The translations under genes were made by a program, and so were the position numbers. From an uncultured Puniceicoccaceae bacterium (GTDB lineage: Bacteria; Verrucomicrobiota; Verrucomicrobiia; Opitutales; Oceanipulchritudinaceae), in assembly GCA_963933835.1 (NCBI GenBank), contig CAWVVV010000005.1:60287-124286 (forward strand): DNA of 64,000 nt, given 5' to 3'. A model generated the notes under the pieces. That model saw only the letters and a list, made by a program, of their open reading frames with translations, ran no database searches and was not told the origin of the DNA. Shown here one piece after another: positions 47,122 to 55,379 of this stretch; the first letter of the stretch is position 1, and every line of letters begins with the position of its first letter.

Positions 47122-48552
47122 CTACCCGAGGCAGAGGCCTTCTTTGAACTCTGGCTTCGCATCTAACGCAGCCCAGCTTTCGGCAAACGCTTCAGGTGAA
47201 TCCGCGAAGAGCGGACTGACCTCGAAGGCGAACGCGGGAAGTCCGGATTCATCAGTTGCGATCTCTACGCCTGCGGCTTTAGCCCAGCGCACCCATTGGC
47301 GCATTTGATCTTGTTTCGACGACTCCGGGGAATCGACCCCTTCGGCGTTTTTCACCGGGCTAAAATCGTCCTGTCGAAGAGTTTCGATGATGACAGGATT
47401 CTGCGCATATGGGAGCGCATCGAAGACAAACATCTCAAATTTATAACCGTTCGGTTCACTCGGCTTGACGACCGACCCATCGTTCTGAAGTCGGGCGATT
47501 TTTTTGTGTGCTCGGTGGAATGGCAGCGCATACGCCGCTTCTCCAGCACCCACCCGTGAGACAAACTCGAGCGAAAGGAGATGGATTGCGATGCTACCTG
47601 CCTCGAAAAGCAGCTCACCATCGGCATCAGTTTGCTCCTGTATCGACTCGGGAAGGTCAGAATACTCGATCACAACTGAGCGTCCATCGAGGGAGCAGAA
47701 GTGCCCGACTTTTTCCAAGGCGTAGGCCTTGCGGACCATCTTGCTCGACATGTCGCTCTTTGCCTCACGGTGGAATCCGATAAAGGTCGGATCGATGAAC
47801 TGGACGAGCGGGTTATCGACCTGAAAGTAGCTGATGACATCAATACCAAGGGCCTGCATCTTGGCCGCAGCACCGCTCCGCACCAGAGCACGCAGCGATC
47901 CACCGTGCCCATCCGGACTCATCGCGATGGAATCCTTGGCCTCTAGAATGATCTTCCCTTCGTCATCTACGGCAGCCATCCGGCCCTGCATGAAGAAGTG
48001 GACGTTTGCTTTGTTTAAGCCCCAGAACCCAGCCGCCTTAAATGCAGCGAGGGTCGCTTCATGATTCACGCCGCTCGTCATAATAAACCACGGGATCGTG
48101 CATCCGTAGCGAGTTTGGGCGGCTTGGATCTTTTCCGCAAAGATTTGAAAGAGAGGCTTCTCTTTAAGAGGCGTGGTTGGAAAAGTGCCTTTCGGACCCT
48201 CATAGCCAAGTCGAGTTCCCTGCCCGCCAGCGACGACAAATGCCGCCACTTTGCCTTCACGCAGAGCAGCCTCACCGGAAGCCTTCATTGCGGCCCACAG
48301 TGCTGTATCTCCACCCGTTGACGGGTGCGCTTCATAGGGCGCAGGGGTGAGACCCTCGAGTGATTGCGCCTCCTCGCCTTCGCCTTTAACAAGCGTTTCG
48401 TAAAGCTTTGCAGTTTCGTCTAGATCAATCTCAGAGGCTTGAGCAAGGAGCTGAGCTTGTGAAGCTCCCGAGAGCTCATCCCAATATGCAAAGACATGGC
48501 CTTGACCGGCGGCATTAAAAGACTGACGGAGTGTTTCAGCGCTGTTTTCCAT
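47122..48552 (-). CDS. UDPGP type 1 family UDP-N-acetylglucosamine pyrophosphorylase (UAP/AGX-like)
   Basis: Motifs GQGHVF, AGGQGTRLG..GPKG, PDGHGG, QVDNPL, EKVG, IEYSD, KFEMFVFD, FSPVKN. Confidence 0.9.
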   Translation of the reverse strand: MENSAETLRQSFNAAGQGHVFAYWDELSGASQAQLLAQASEIDLDETAKLYETLVKGEGEEAQSLEGLTPAPYEAHPSTGGDTALWAAMKASGEAALREGKVAAFVVAGGQGTRLGYEGPKGTFPTTPLKEKPLFQIFAEKIQAAQTRYGCTIPWFIMTSGVNHEATLAAFKAAGFWGLNKANVHFFMQGRMAAVDDEGKIILEAKDSIAMSPDGHGGSLRALVRSGAAAKMQALGIDVISYFQVDNPLVQFIDPTFIGFHREAKSDMSSKMVRKAYALEKVGHFCSLDGRSVVIEYSDLPESIQEQTDADGELLFEAGSIAIHLLSLEFVSRVGAGEAAYALPFHRAHKKIARLQNDGSVVKPSEPNGYKFEMFVFDALPYAQNPVIIETLRQDDFSPVKNAEGVDSPESSKQDQMRQWVRWAKAAGVEIATDESGLPAFAFEVSPLFADSPEAFAESWAALDAKPEFKEGLCLG

Positions 48553-48650
48553 CTTCGATCGCGGAAGCTAGGCAGGTTGGCGCCAACGGTCACTTAAAAA
48601 AACGAGGGACGGGCTTTACTCGTTTGTGACACGATGTTCCAAGTGGCACC

Positions 48651-48965
48651 TTAACGCGCCGGCGGCGTGCTTACTTCTTCGAAAAGAAAGATCGTCTCAT
48701 CCGCTTCGACATAGCCCAGCTTTTCGCGGACGATGCGCTCGAGAAAAGCCGGATCCTCCAGCATGCGCCTAAGGTAGACTTCCTGTCGTTCCTGATTGAG
48801 TCGTAGGGCATCGAGTTCCACTCGCATATCATCCTCTCGGCTCTGCATGTAGCGGTACTCCCGATACGTTTGCAGCAGCACAGTCGCGAAAGAAATCGAA
48901 ACGGCGATAAATACGAGGAATAGGAAACCCACGAAACACTTGGCGAAAAGCGTACGCATCCCCAA
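48651..48965 (-). CDS. Septum formation initiator (FtsB/DivIC family)
   Basis: TM helix, coiled coil, DPAFLERIVREKLGYVEADETIF signature. Confidence 0.82.
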   Translation of the reverse strand: MGMRTLFAKCFVGFLFLVFIAVSISFATVLLQTYREYRYMQSREDDMRVELDALRLNQERQEVYLRRMLEDPAFLERIVREKLGYVEADETIFLFEEVSTPPAR

Positions 48966-48966
48966 C

Positions 48967-49098
48967 GCTCATCCATCTGCAGTGATCAATCAACCGTAAA
49001 TCAACGTCCAGAAGCGGATAAACAAACTCGTATCCTCTGTAGGACGGTGGGGAAACGCGGCTCAAGGCTCGACAAGGCCGATGAGACCGCTTTTTTTT
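48967..49098 (+). ncRNA. Candidate structured RNA (6S-like rod or pdh leader/attenuator)
   Basis: Nested complementary segments CTCATC/GATGAG, CCGT/GCGG, CGTCC/GGACG, CAGA/TCTG, GGATA/TATCC, followed by T8. Folded by eye only. Confidence 0.45.
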
Positions 49099-49152
49099 AT
49101 CCTTTTATGCCGCTGCAAGGGCATTTCAACAAGTGGACAATTTAAAAACATC

Positions 49153-50313
49153 GTGAGCAAATCCCCCACAAAACCTAAGATCACACCGGGCAATCGCACC
49201 TACGAAACCGCCCAGATCGAAGACCTTCTCACCTTCGCCAAGGCGCCGATCAATAAGGCCCTCGATAAGGCTGCTAAAATCGATCTCTACCGTGAGATGG
49301 TGCGGATTCGACGATTCGAGCAAGCAGCCTTACAAGCTTACCAAAAAGGAAAGATGGGCGGATTCCTACACCTCTATATCGGACAGGAGGCAACGGCAGT
49401 CGGATGCGTTTCTTTGATGGGAGACCATGACCACATCATCACCGCCTACCGCGACCACGGTCACGCACTCGCTGTCGGGATGGGGATGAACGAATGCATG
49501 GCGGAACTCTACGGCAAGTTCACCGGTTGCTCCAAGGGCAAGGGCGGCTCAATGCACTTTTTTGCTCCGGACAAAAACTACTGGGGCGGACACGGCATTG
49601 TCGGCGGGCAGACGCCCCTCGGGCTCGGAATTGCCTATGCAATGAAATATAAGGGGCTGAAGGGCTGTTGTATGTGTTTCCTCGGAGATGGCGCAGTGAA
49701 TCAAGGTGCCTTCCACGAATCTTTGAACATCGCTGCCCTTTGGGACGTGCCGGTGATCTACATTATCGAAAACAACGGTTATTCGATGGGGACCAGTCAG
49801 GTCCGATCCAGCGCTCACCCAGAACAGGGGCTCGCTCAGCGGGCCGAGGCCTACAACATGGAATGGGACACCGTGCATGGCGAAAATCTCTACGAAGTTC
49901 GCGCCAAGACTCATCAGGCGATCGAACGCGCTCATAATGAGAACCGCCCCACGATGCTCGAGATTTTCACTTATCGCTACTACGGGCACTCTATCGCGGA
50001 CGCTAATCATCACCGCTACCGGACTAAAGAAGAGATCAAGTCGTATCAGGAAAACAAAGACCCGATCGAGGTTTGGAAACGCATCCTGAATCACGAAGGC
50101 GTTCTTACCGATGAGTCAGCCAAAGAGATTGATGCAGCGGCGAAAGAAGAATCCAAAGTCTCGGTGAAATACGCCGAAGATTCTCCTTACCCACCAGCGG
50201 AAGAAATCATGACCGACGTTTACCACTCGGTCGATAACCCCGGCACCCACAACAACGAAGGGAAGATCTTCTTCAACGATCGCCTCCCTTGGGACGACAC
50301 CTACCAACCGTAG
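49153..50313 (+). CDS. pdhA: Pyruvate dehydrogenase E1 alpha subunit
   Basis: Motifs GGFLHLYIGQEA, AYRDH, GKGGSMH, GDGAVNQG, ENNGYSMGT, YRYYGHS. Start placed at GTG 49153; the ORF-track start lies within the upstream hairpin/T-run. Confidence 0.95.
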   Translation: MSKSPTKPKITPGNRTYETAQIEDLLTFAKAPINKALDKAAKIDLYREMVRIRRFEQAALQAYQKGKMGGFLHLYIGQEATAVGCVSLMGDHDHIITAYRDHGHALAVGMGMNECMAELYGKFTGCSKGKGGSMHFFAPDKNYWGGHGIVGGQTPLGLGIAYAMKYKGLKGCCMCFLGDGAVNQGAFHESLNIAALWDVPVIYIIENNGYSMGTSQVRSSAHPEQGLAQRAEAYNMEWDTVHGENLYEVRAKTHQAIERAHNENRPTMLEIFTYRYYGHSIADANHHRYRTKEEIKSYQENKDPIEVWKRILNHEGVLTDESAKEIDAAAKEESKVSVKYAEDSPYPPAEEIMTDVYHSVDNPGTHNNEGKIFFNDRLPWDDTYQP

Positions 50314-50328
50314 GTTGTCGCAGAGCAC

Positions 50329-51867
50329 ATGGCCAGCGCTCCGAGGCTATCTTTGATTGTTTGTACGCAGCCCCGCTCCGGCAGTTACCTGCTGGGCGAC
50401 CTTCTGGGGCTTGCAACAGATGTGCCTGAGCTGGAGGAGTGGCTGATTCCTACATTTCAGGTCCCTGAGGCGACTCGCTTTCGAATGCCGGATGATTTCG
50501 ATCGGCTCGCCTATGTTCGCGAACTCGTCAGCCAAAAAACGTCCGCTAAAGGCGTCTTTTCGATCAAGATAATGGGTTGGAATTTTGCTGAGTTCATCGC
50601 TGAAATGCAGCAGCGCTCAGAATTTGCAGGCTCAAGCAAACGCGAGATCTTAGAAGCGCTCTTTCCCAATCCACACTTCCTTTTCCTCCGGAGGAGCAAC
50701 CACTTGAGCCAAGCGGTCTCCTACGCCAAAGCGATCCAGACACAGCAGTGGCGGGCAGAGCACGAGAAACGCCGTCCTACTGGCCACGTCAGCTACTCCA
50801 CTCTTTTCGTCCGGGACCAGTTTGTAGCGATCAACAAATCTGAGGAGCGCTGGAAAACATTCTTCACCCAGTCAGATCTCAAGCCATACGAACTTATCTA
50901 CGAAGACTTTCTCAAGGAGCCTCTACAAACCCTGGGCAAGATCTGCGAGTGGCTCAATCTATCGCCTACCTCAAACCTCCCAGTGGTCGAAAAACGGCTC
51001 AATGAAGGGCGCCAGTCGAGTGTGACGAACGCTGAATGGAAAAAGCGTTTTGCGGCCGAAGAAACTAGTCTGAAAGAGCGAACAGAGCCCCCGGTAAGAT
51101 TCCAAGCTGGGACGCTCACCCTCTCGGTTGAGAAACCGGCACTGAGCATCGAAGCTTTCAAAGCAGATAAACTAGAGGTCGTGATCACCAACCAAAGCAC
51201 GCAGAGCTGGAAGGGCGGTGAAGCAGCCTATAATCAGGATGAAGGCTGGTTAGTCGTCGCCGGCAGCCTACCCTCCGAAGACGGCGTAATCGACTACCGC
51301 CCCTACGTTTTCCAAGAAGTCCCCTTCCCTCTCCAGCCTGGAGAGTCGATGGCGCTCGAACTATTTTTTCCCGCGCGGAGCAAAAGCGGCGTCTACCCAT
51401 TCAACATAGCCCTAGAGCAACACCAGGACGGGCGATGGCAGAGCATCTCTGCGCCTACCGAAGTACGCCTCGAAGTTCGAAAAACAGTCAAACTCATCGA
51501 AGCCGAGGGTGTTTTTCCCTCTCTCGAGGAACTGACCGCCAACCAATGCCGTGTCCCTGGCCTCGGCATTTTCTCGCACCGCAATTTTCCTTGGATACAC
51601 CATCAACAGCACGGCTGGATGTTCATTGATGTCAAAGGATCGAGCGCACATGAGATCTGGCTACACGATGAGGTCCTCAAATGGCTTAGCTTCGACCCGG
51701 ACCAACCGGGGCAATTCTTCGACTACGAGCGCAAAGAAACGATTCGCTTCGTGGATTGCCAAGACGGAGAACGTCACTTTTATAACCTCGCTTCTTGTAA
51801 GCAGGAAACATATCCTCTACAGAAAATATCAGCACACGTTCCAGAAAGCACACTCGCCGGCAACTAA
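50329..51867 (+). CDS. Stf0-family sulfotransferase fused to a beta-rich domain and a Trp-rich C-terminal module
   Basis: 5'-PSB loop CTQPRSGSYLL, GVFSIKIM, 3'-PB LRRSNHLSQAVSYAKA..TQQW, YED, RQS..N.EW..RF; then an Ig-like segment (VVITNQS..W..PLQPGES..GVY) and FPWIHHQQHGW. Confidence 0.8.
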   Translation: MASAPRLSLIVCTQPRSGSYLLGDLLGLATDVPELEEWLIPTFQVPEATRFRMPDDFDRLAYVRELVSQKTSAKGVFSIKIMGWNFAEFIAEMQQRSEFAGSSKREILEALFPNPHFLFLRRSNHLSQAVSYAKAIQTQQWRAEHEKRRPTGHVSYSTLFVRDQFVAINKSEERWKTFFTQSDLKPYELIYEDFLKEPLQTLGKICEWLNLSPTSNLPVVEKRLNEGRQSSVTNAEWKKRFAAEETSLKERTEPPVRFQAGTLTLSVEKPALSIEAFKADKLEVVITNQSTQSWKGGEAAYNQDEGWLVVAGSLPSEDGVIDYRPYVFQEVPFPLQPGESMALELFFPARSKSGVYPFNIALEQHQDGRWQSISAPTEVRLEVRKTVKLIEAEGVFPSLEELTANQCRVPGLGIFSHRNFPWIHHQQHGWMFIDVKGSSAHEIWLHDEVLKWLSFDPDQPGQFFDYERKETIRFVDCQDGERHFYNLASCKQETYPLQKISAHVPESTLAGN

Positions 51868-51912
51868 TCACGGCCAGCCCACTTTAAAGATACCCTTAGA
51901 CTTCTAGAAATC

Positions 51913-52902
51913 ATGCCAATCATCACATATCGCCAAGCTATCAAAGAAGCCCTCGCTGAAGAGCTCGAACGGGACGAAAACGTTTTTATTATGGGTGAAG
52001 AAGTCGCCCAATACAACGGTGCTTACAAGGTAACCGAAGGACTTTGGGACCGCTTCGGTGACAAAAGAGTCATTGATACTCCGATCTCAGAAGCAGGTTT
52101 TGTCGGCCTCGGCGTCGGCTCGGCGATGTTGGGCCTGCGCCCTGTTCTCGAAATTATGTTCATGAGCTTTCTCTACGTTGCGTGGGATCAGGCTCTAAAC
52201 AATGCAGGCACCGTGCGCTACATGAGCGGTGGTTTGAGTAATGTTCCGATTGTCATTCGCGGACCTGCCAACGGTGGAACGAATGTGGGAGCGACGCACT
52301 CACACACCCCGGAAAACATGATGGCGAATTACCCCGGTGTGAAGGTCGTCGTCCCATCAACACCGGCGGACGCCAAAGGACTCATGAAATCCGCGATCCG
52401 AGACAATGACCCCGTTTTCTTCCTTGAGAGCACTGTCCTCTACGGCAACGAAGCTGAGGTTTCGGACGATCCTGAGCTCCTCGTCCCGATTGGAAAGGCC
52501 GACGTCAAACGAGTCGGCACCGACCTCTCCATTATTTGCCACGGACGCCCAGTTCTCGAATCCCTCAAAGCTGCCGAGATTCTAAAAGCTGAGCACGATA
52601 TCGACGTTGAAGTGGTCGACCTGCGTAGCATCCGTCCACTCGACGAAGCTACTATCATAGAATCGGTGAAAAAGACTTCTCGCGCCCTGCTCGTAGATGA
52701 AAACAAGCCGTTCTGCGGAGTCGGCGCGCAAATCTCTCACCTCATTCAGCGGCGTGCCTTCGACTACCTCGACGCACCCGTTCACCGCATCAGTGCGGTT
52801 GACGCACCAGCCATCTACAGCCCGCCGGCCGAGAAATTGCAGCTCCCAGATGCACAGCTCATCATCCGCGAAGTCCTCGATATGTTCAACGCGCGTGCCT
52901 AA
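51913..52902 (+). CDS. pdhB: Pyruvate dehydrogenase E1 beta subunit
   Basis: Motifs MGEEVAQYNGAYKVTEGL, DTPISE, GATHS, DLRSIRPLD, FDYLDAP. Confidence 0.95.
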   Translation: MPIITYRQAIKEALAEELERDENVFIMGEEVAQYNGAYKVTEGLWDRFGDKRVIDTPISEAGFVGLGVGSAMLGLRPVLEIMFMSFLYVAWDQALNNAGTVRYMSGGLSNVPIVIRGPANGGTNVGATHSHTPENMMANYPGVKVVVPSTPADAKGLMKSAIRDNDPVFFLESTVLYGNEAEVSDDPELLVPIGKADVKRVGTDLSIICHGRPVLESLKAAEILKAEHDIDVEVVDLRSIRPLDEATIIESVKKTSRALLVDENKPFCGVGAQISHLIQRRAFDYLDAPVHRISAVDAPAIYSPPAEKLQLPDAQLIIREVLDMFNARA

Positions 52903-52952
52903 TCCAACTTAACTTTTAATCTTCTTTAGTCTCAACACCCCACGAAAACACC

Positions 52953-54227
52953 ATGGCCGAAATCATTGAAATGCCGAAACTGAGTGACACCATGACAAGC
53001 GGAACGCTCGTCAGTTGGCTCAAAAAAGAGGGCGAAGCCGTCGCTGCAGGCGATATGATCGCAGAAGTTGAAACCGACAAAGCGACGATGGAGGTGGAGT
53101 GCTTCGAAGACGGAATCCTATTAAAGCAGTATCTCAGTGCCGGTGAGAGTGTTGAAATCGGTGGTGGGATCTGTGCCGTCGGCGAAAAGGGCGAAGCAAT
53201 CCCTGAAGTGAGCAACTCTAGCGGCGGATCTTCCGAGCCTGCCGCCAAAGAAGAAAAGGCTGAGGCAGCTCCTCAAAAAGCAGCAGAGCCAGCGCCCGTG
53301 CCAGCAGCGAGCCCTCCTCCTGCGGCCAGCTCCGGCAATGATAGCGGCATAAAGGTTTCCCCACTCGCTAAGAAGATTGCCGCAGAACTTGGGGTCAGCC
53401 TTAGCGGCGTTTCAGGAACAGGCCCTGGTGGCCGTATCGTTCGTGCCGATGTCGAAGCTGCCGCGAAAAACGGACCGACGCCCGACGCAAGCGCCCCTGC
53501 AGGACCTGCACCCGCTTTACTCGCGGAGGAAATCATCCCCGTTACGGGCATGCGCTCCGCGATCGCACGAGCTCTTGTCGGCTCAAAGACCCAAGCCCCT
53601 CACTTCTACCTGCAAATAGAAGTCGACGGCGCGCCCCTCTCTGAACTGCGCAAGTCTCTAAACGCCAATCTCGCAGACCTGCCGCCTGAACAAGGTGGAA
53701 TGAAATTCACGGTCAACGATCTCACTCTACGCGCTTCAGCTGAAGCTGTTCGCCGCGTTCCCGCTATCAATCGTTCTTGGATGGGCGATACGATCAAGCA
53801 ACATGGCAGTGTCCACCTCGCCTTCGGCGTTGCGATTGACGACGGATTGGTTACGCCCGTGATTCGAGATGCACACGCTAAGACGCTCAGCCAAATCAGC
53901 GCTGAAGCCAAGATCTTGATCAAGAAGGCTCGCGGCAAGAAACTGAAACCCGACGAAATGTCCGGCAGCACCCTGACGGTAACAAATCTCGGGATGTTTG
54001 GCATCTCGGACTTTTACGGCATCATTAATCCACCAAATGCCGCGATCCTAAGTATCGGCGCCACAATCAAGACACCTGTGGTGGCTGACGATGGCAGCAT
54101 CGTCGTCGGTTACCGGATGAAAATTGGCTTAAGTGGCGATCACCGCGTCATTGACGGAGCTGTCGGCGCACAATACCTCGCGGCCCTCCGCGATATTTTA
54201 GAGGCGCCAGCGACAATGCTGGTCTAA
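52953..54227 (+). CDS. pdhC: Pyruvate dehydrogenase E2 dihydrolipoamide acetyltransferase
   Basis: Lipoyl domain ETDKATME, peripheral-subunit-binding SPLAKK..GTGPGGRI, catalytic DHRVIDGA. Confidence 0.95.
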   Translation: MAEIIEMPKLSDTMTSGTLVSWLKKEGEAVAAGDMIAEVETDKATMEVECFEDGILLKQYLSAGESVEIGGGICAVGEKGEAIPEVSNSSGGSSEPAAKEEKAEAAPQKAAEPAPVPAASPPPAASSGNDSGIKVSPLAKKIAAELGVSLSGVSGTGPGGRIVRADVEAAAKNGPTPDASAPAGPAPALLAEEIIPVTGMRSAIARALVGSKTQAPHFYLQIEVDGAPLSELRKSLNANLADLPPEQGGMKFTVNDLTLRASAEAVRRVPAINRSWMGDTIKQHGSVHLAFGVAIDDGLVTPVIRDAHAKTLSQISAEAKILIKKARGKKLKPDEMSGSTLTVTNLGMFGISDFYGIINPPNAAILSIGATIKTPVVADDGSIVVGYRMKIGLSGDHRVIDGAVGAQYLAALRDILEAPATMLV

Positions 54228-54471
54228 AAACCCGCCTCCGTAGCGGACTCTACCCGCTTTGTAGCCAACAAGGCCTATTCTCAATCGGCTCAGGTCGAGT
54301 CACGAGGTCGCGTACGGGCATCTCGCTGATAATGAGCAATTTAGCACATCTATCAGTGTTATCGTCGTAGAGAATAGTGGCATACTGTCATTATAAACAG
54401 CTGTAAATTTGACCGATTATAGGCAATTTATCTGGCCTACTATAGGCATAACCGCCTAGCTTGCGGCCATC

Positions 54472-55266
54472 ATGAGTCGCCCTGTCAAAGCTGCCACAAG
54501 CATTACTGCATCCCTACTCCTAGGGCTGTCGCTGTCCGCTGGCGTGGTGCACATCGACTTCGATAATTTTATAAACGCTTCGGGTAACACTGTAGACCTC
54601 CGCGATAACAATCGAATTACAGACCAATACGAGGCCGCTTACGGACTCACATTTTCTGGTGTCCGCTACAACTCGAGCGGAAATAGGGCATCAACCCAAT
54701 ACGGGCTGTCAGTCTACGATACGAGTGGACCGAATACAAACGACGATGATCTGGAGCCTACCTACGGGAACGTGGAAGATATCTTTGGATTAAGCGCTAC
54801 TTACAATCCTGGCAACGTTCTCGTTATCCAAGAAAACGGTTCCACTGCGGAATGGGGTGCCGACGACAATGCCAAAGGCGGAAAGATCAAGATGCGTTGG
54901 GAGGAAGCTGTGACGCTCACCGAACTCGTCTTCCTCGACATTGGCGACAACGACGAGAACACCTTTGGACTCAACTTTAAGTTTTACTACGCTGACGGCA
55001 CTACGAGTTCAAAAAGCAATGTCTTCGGCGAAGGTGCTGACAACATCACACTCTTTGAGCCTACGACAAACAGCTGGCTCGACAACAAGGGCAAGTCCAT
55101 CACTGGCCTCGATGTTAAATATAAAGCATCGAGCGCGTTGGCATCCTTGAGTTTCACGCCAATCCCTGAGCCAAGTAATCTCCTCTTTGTAGGCACCGCA
55201 CTGTCGATGGTCCTCGTTGGCACTCGCCGACGCCGAACGGCACGCAAAACGTCCGTCACAGCTTAG
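54472..55266 (+). CDS. PEP-CTERM surface protein
   Basis: Signal peptide; D/N/T/S-rich body; C-terminal IPEPSNLLFVGTALSMVLVGTRRRR. Confidence 0.88.
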   Translation: MSRPVKAATSITASLLLGLSLSAGVVHIDFDNFINASGNTVDLRDNNRITDQYEAAYGLTFSGVRYNSSGNRASTQYGLSVYDTSGPNTNDDDLEPTYGNVEDIFGLSATYNPGNVLVIQENGSTAEWGADDNAKGGKIKMRWEEAVTLTELVFLDIGDNDENTFGLNFKFYYADGTTSSKSNVFGEGADNITLFEPTTNSWLDNKGKSITGLDVKYKASSALASLSFTPIPEPSNLLFVGTALSMVLVGTRRRRTARKTSVTA

Positions 55267-55307
55267 AAAGTTTACCCTATCTCGTATCTTGTCTCGTGAT
55301 ATACATT

Positions 55308-55334
55308 AAAGCCTCGGATCACTCCGGGGCTTTT
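55308..55334 (+). terminator. Intrinsic terminator between convergent genes
   Basis: AAAGCCTCGGA-tcac-TCCGGGGCTTTT. Confidence 0.75.
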
Positions 55335-55379
55335 CTGTATTCAAAATCGCCTGACGACCTGATCTAGGCCTATCGAAGC

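Noticed and set aside
49081..49152. N-terminal extension of PdhA in the ORF track
   Set aside because: The upstream ATG lies inside the hairpin/T-run and encodes non-homologous sequence; GTG 49153 is more plausible.
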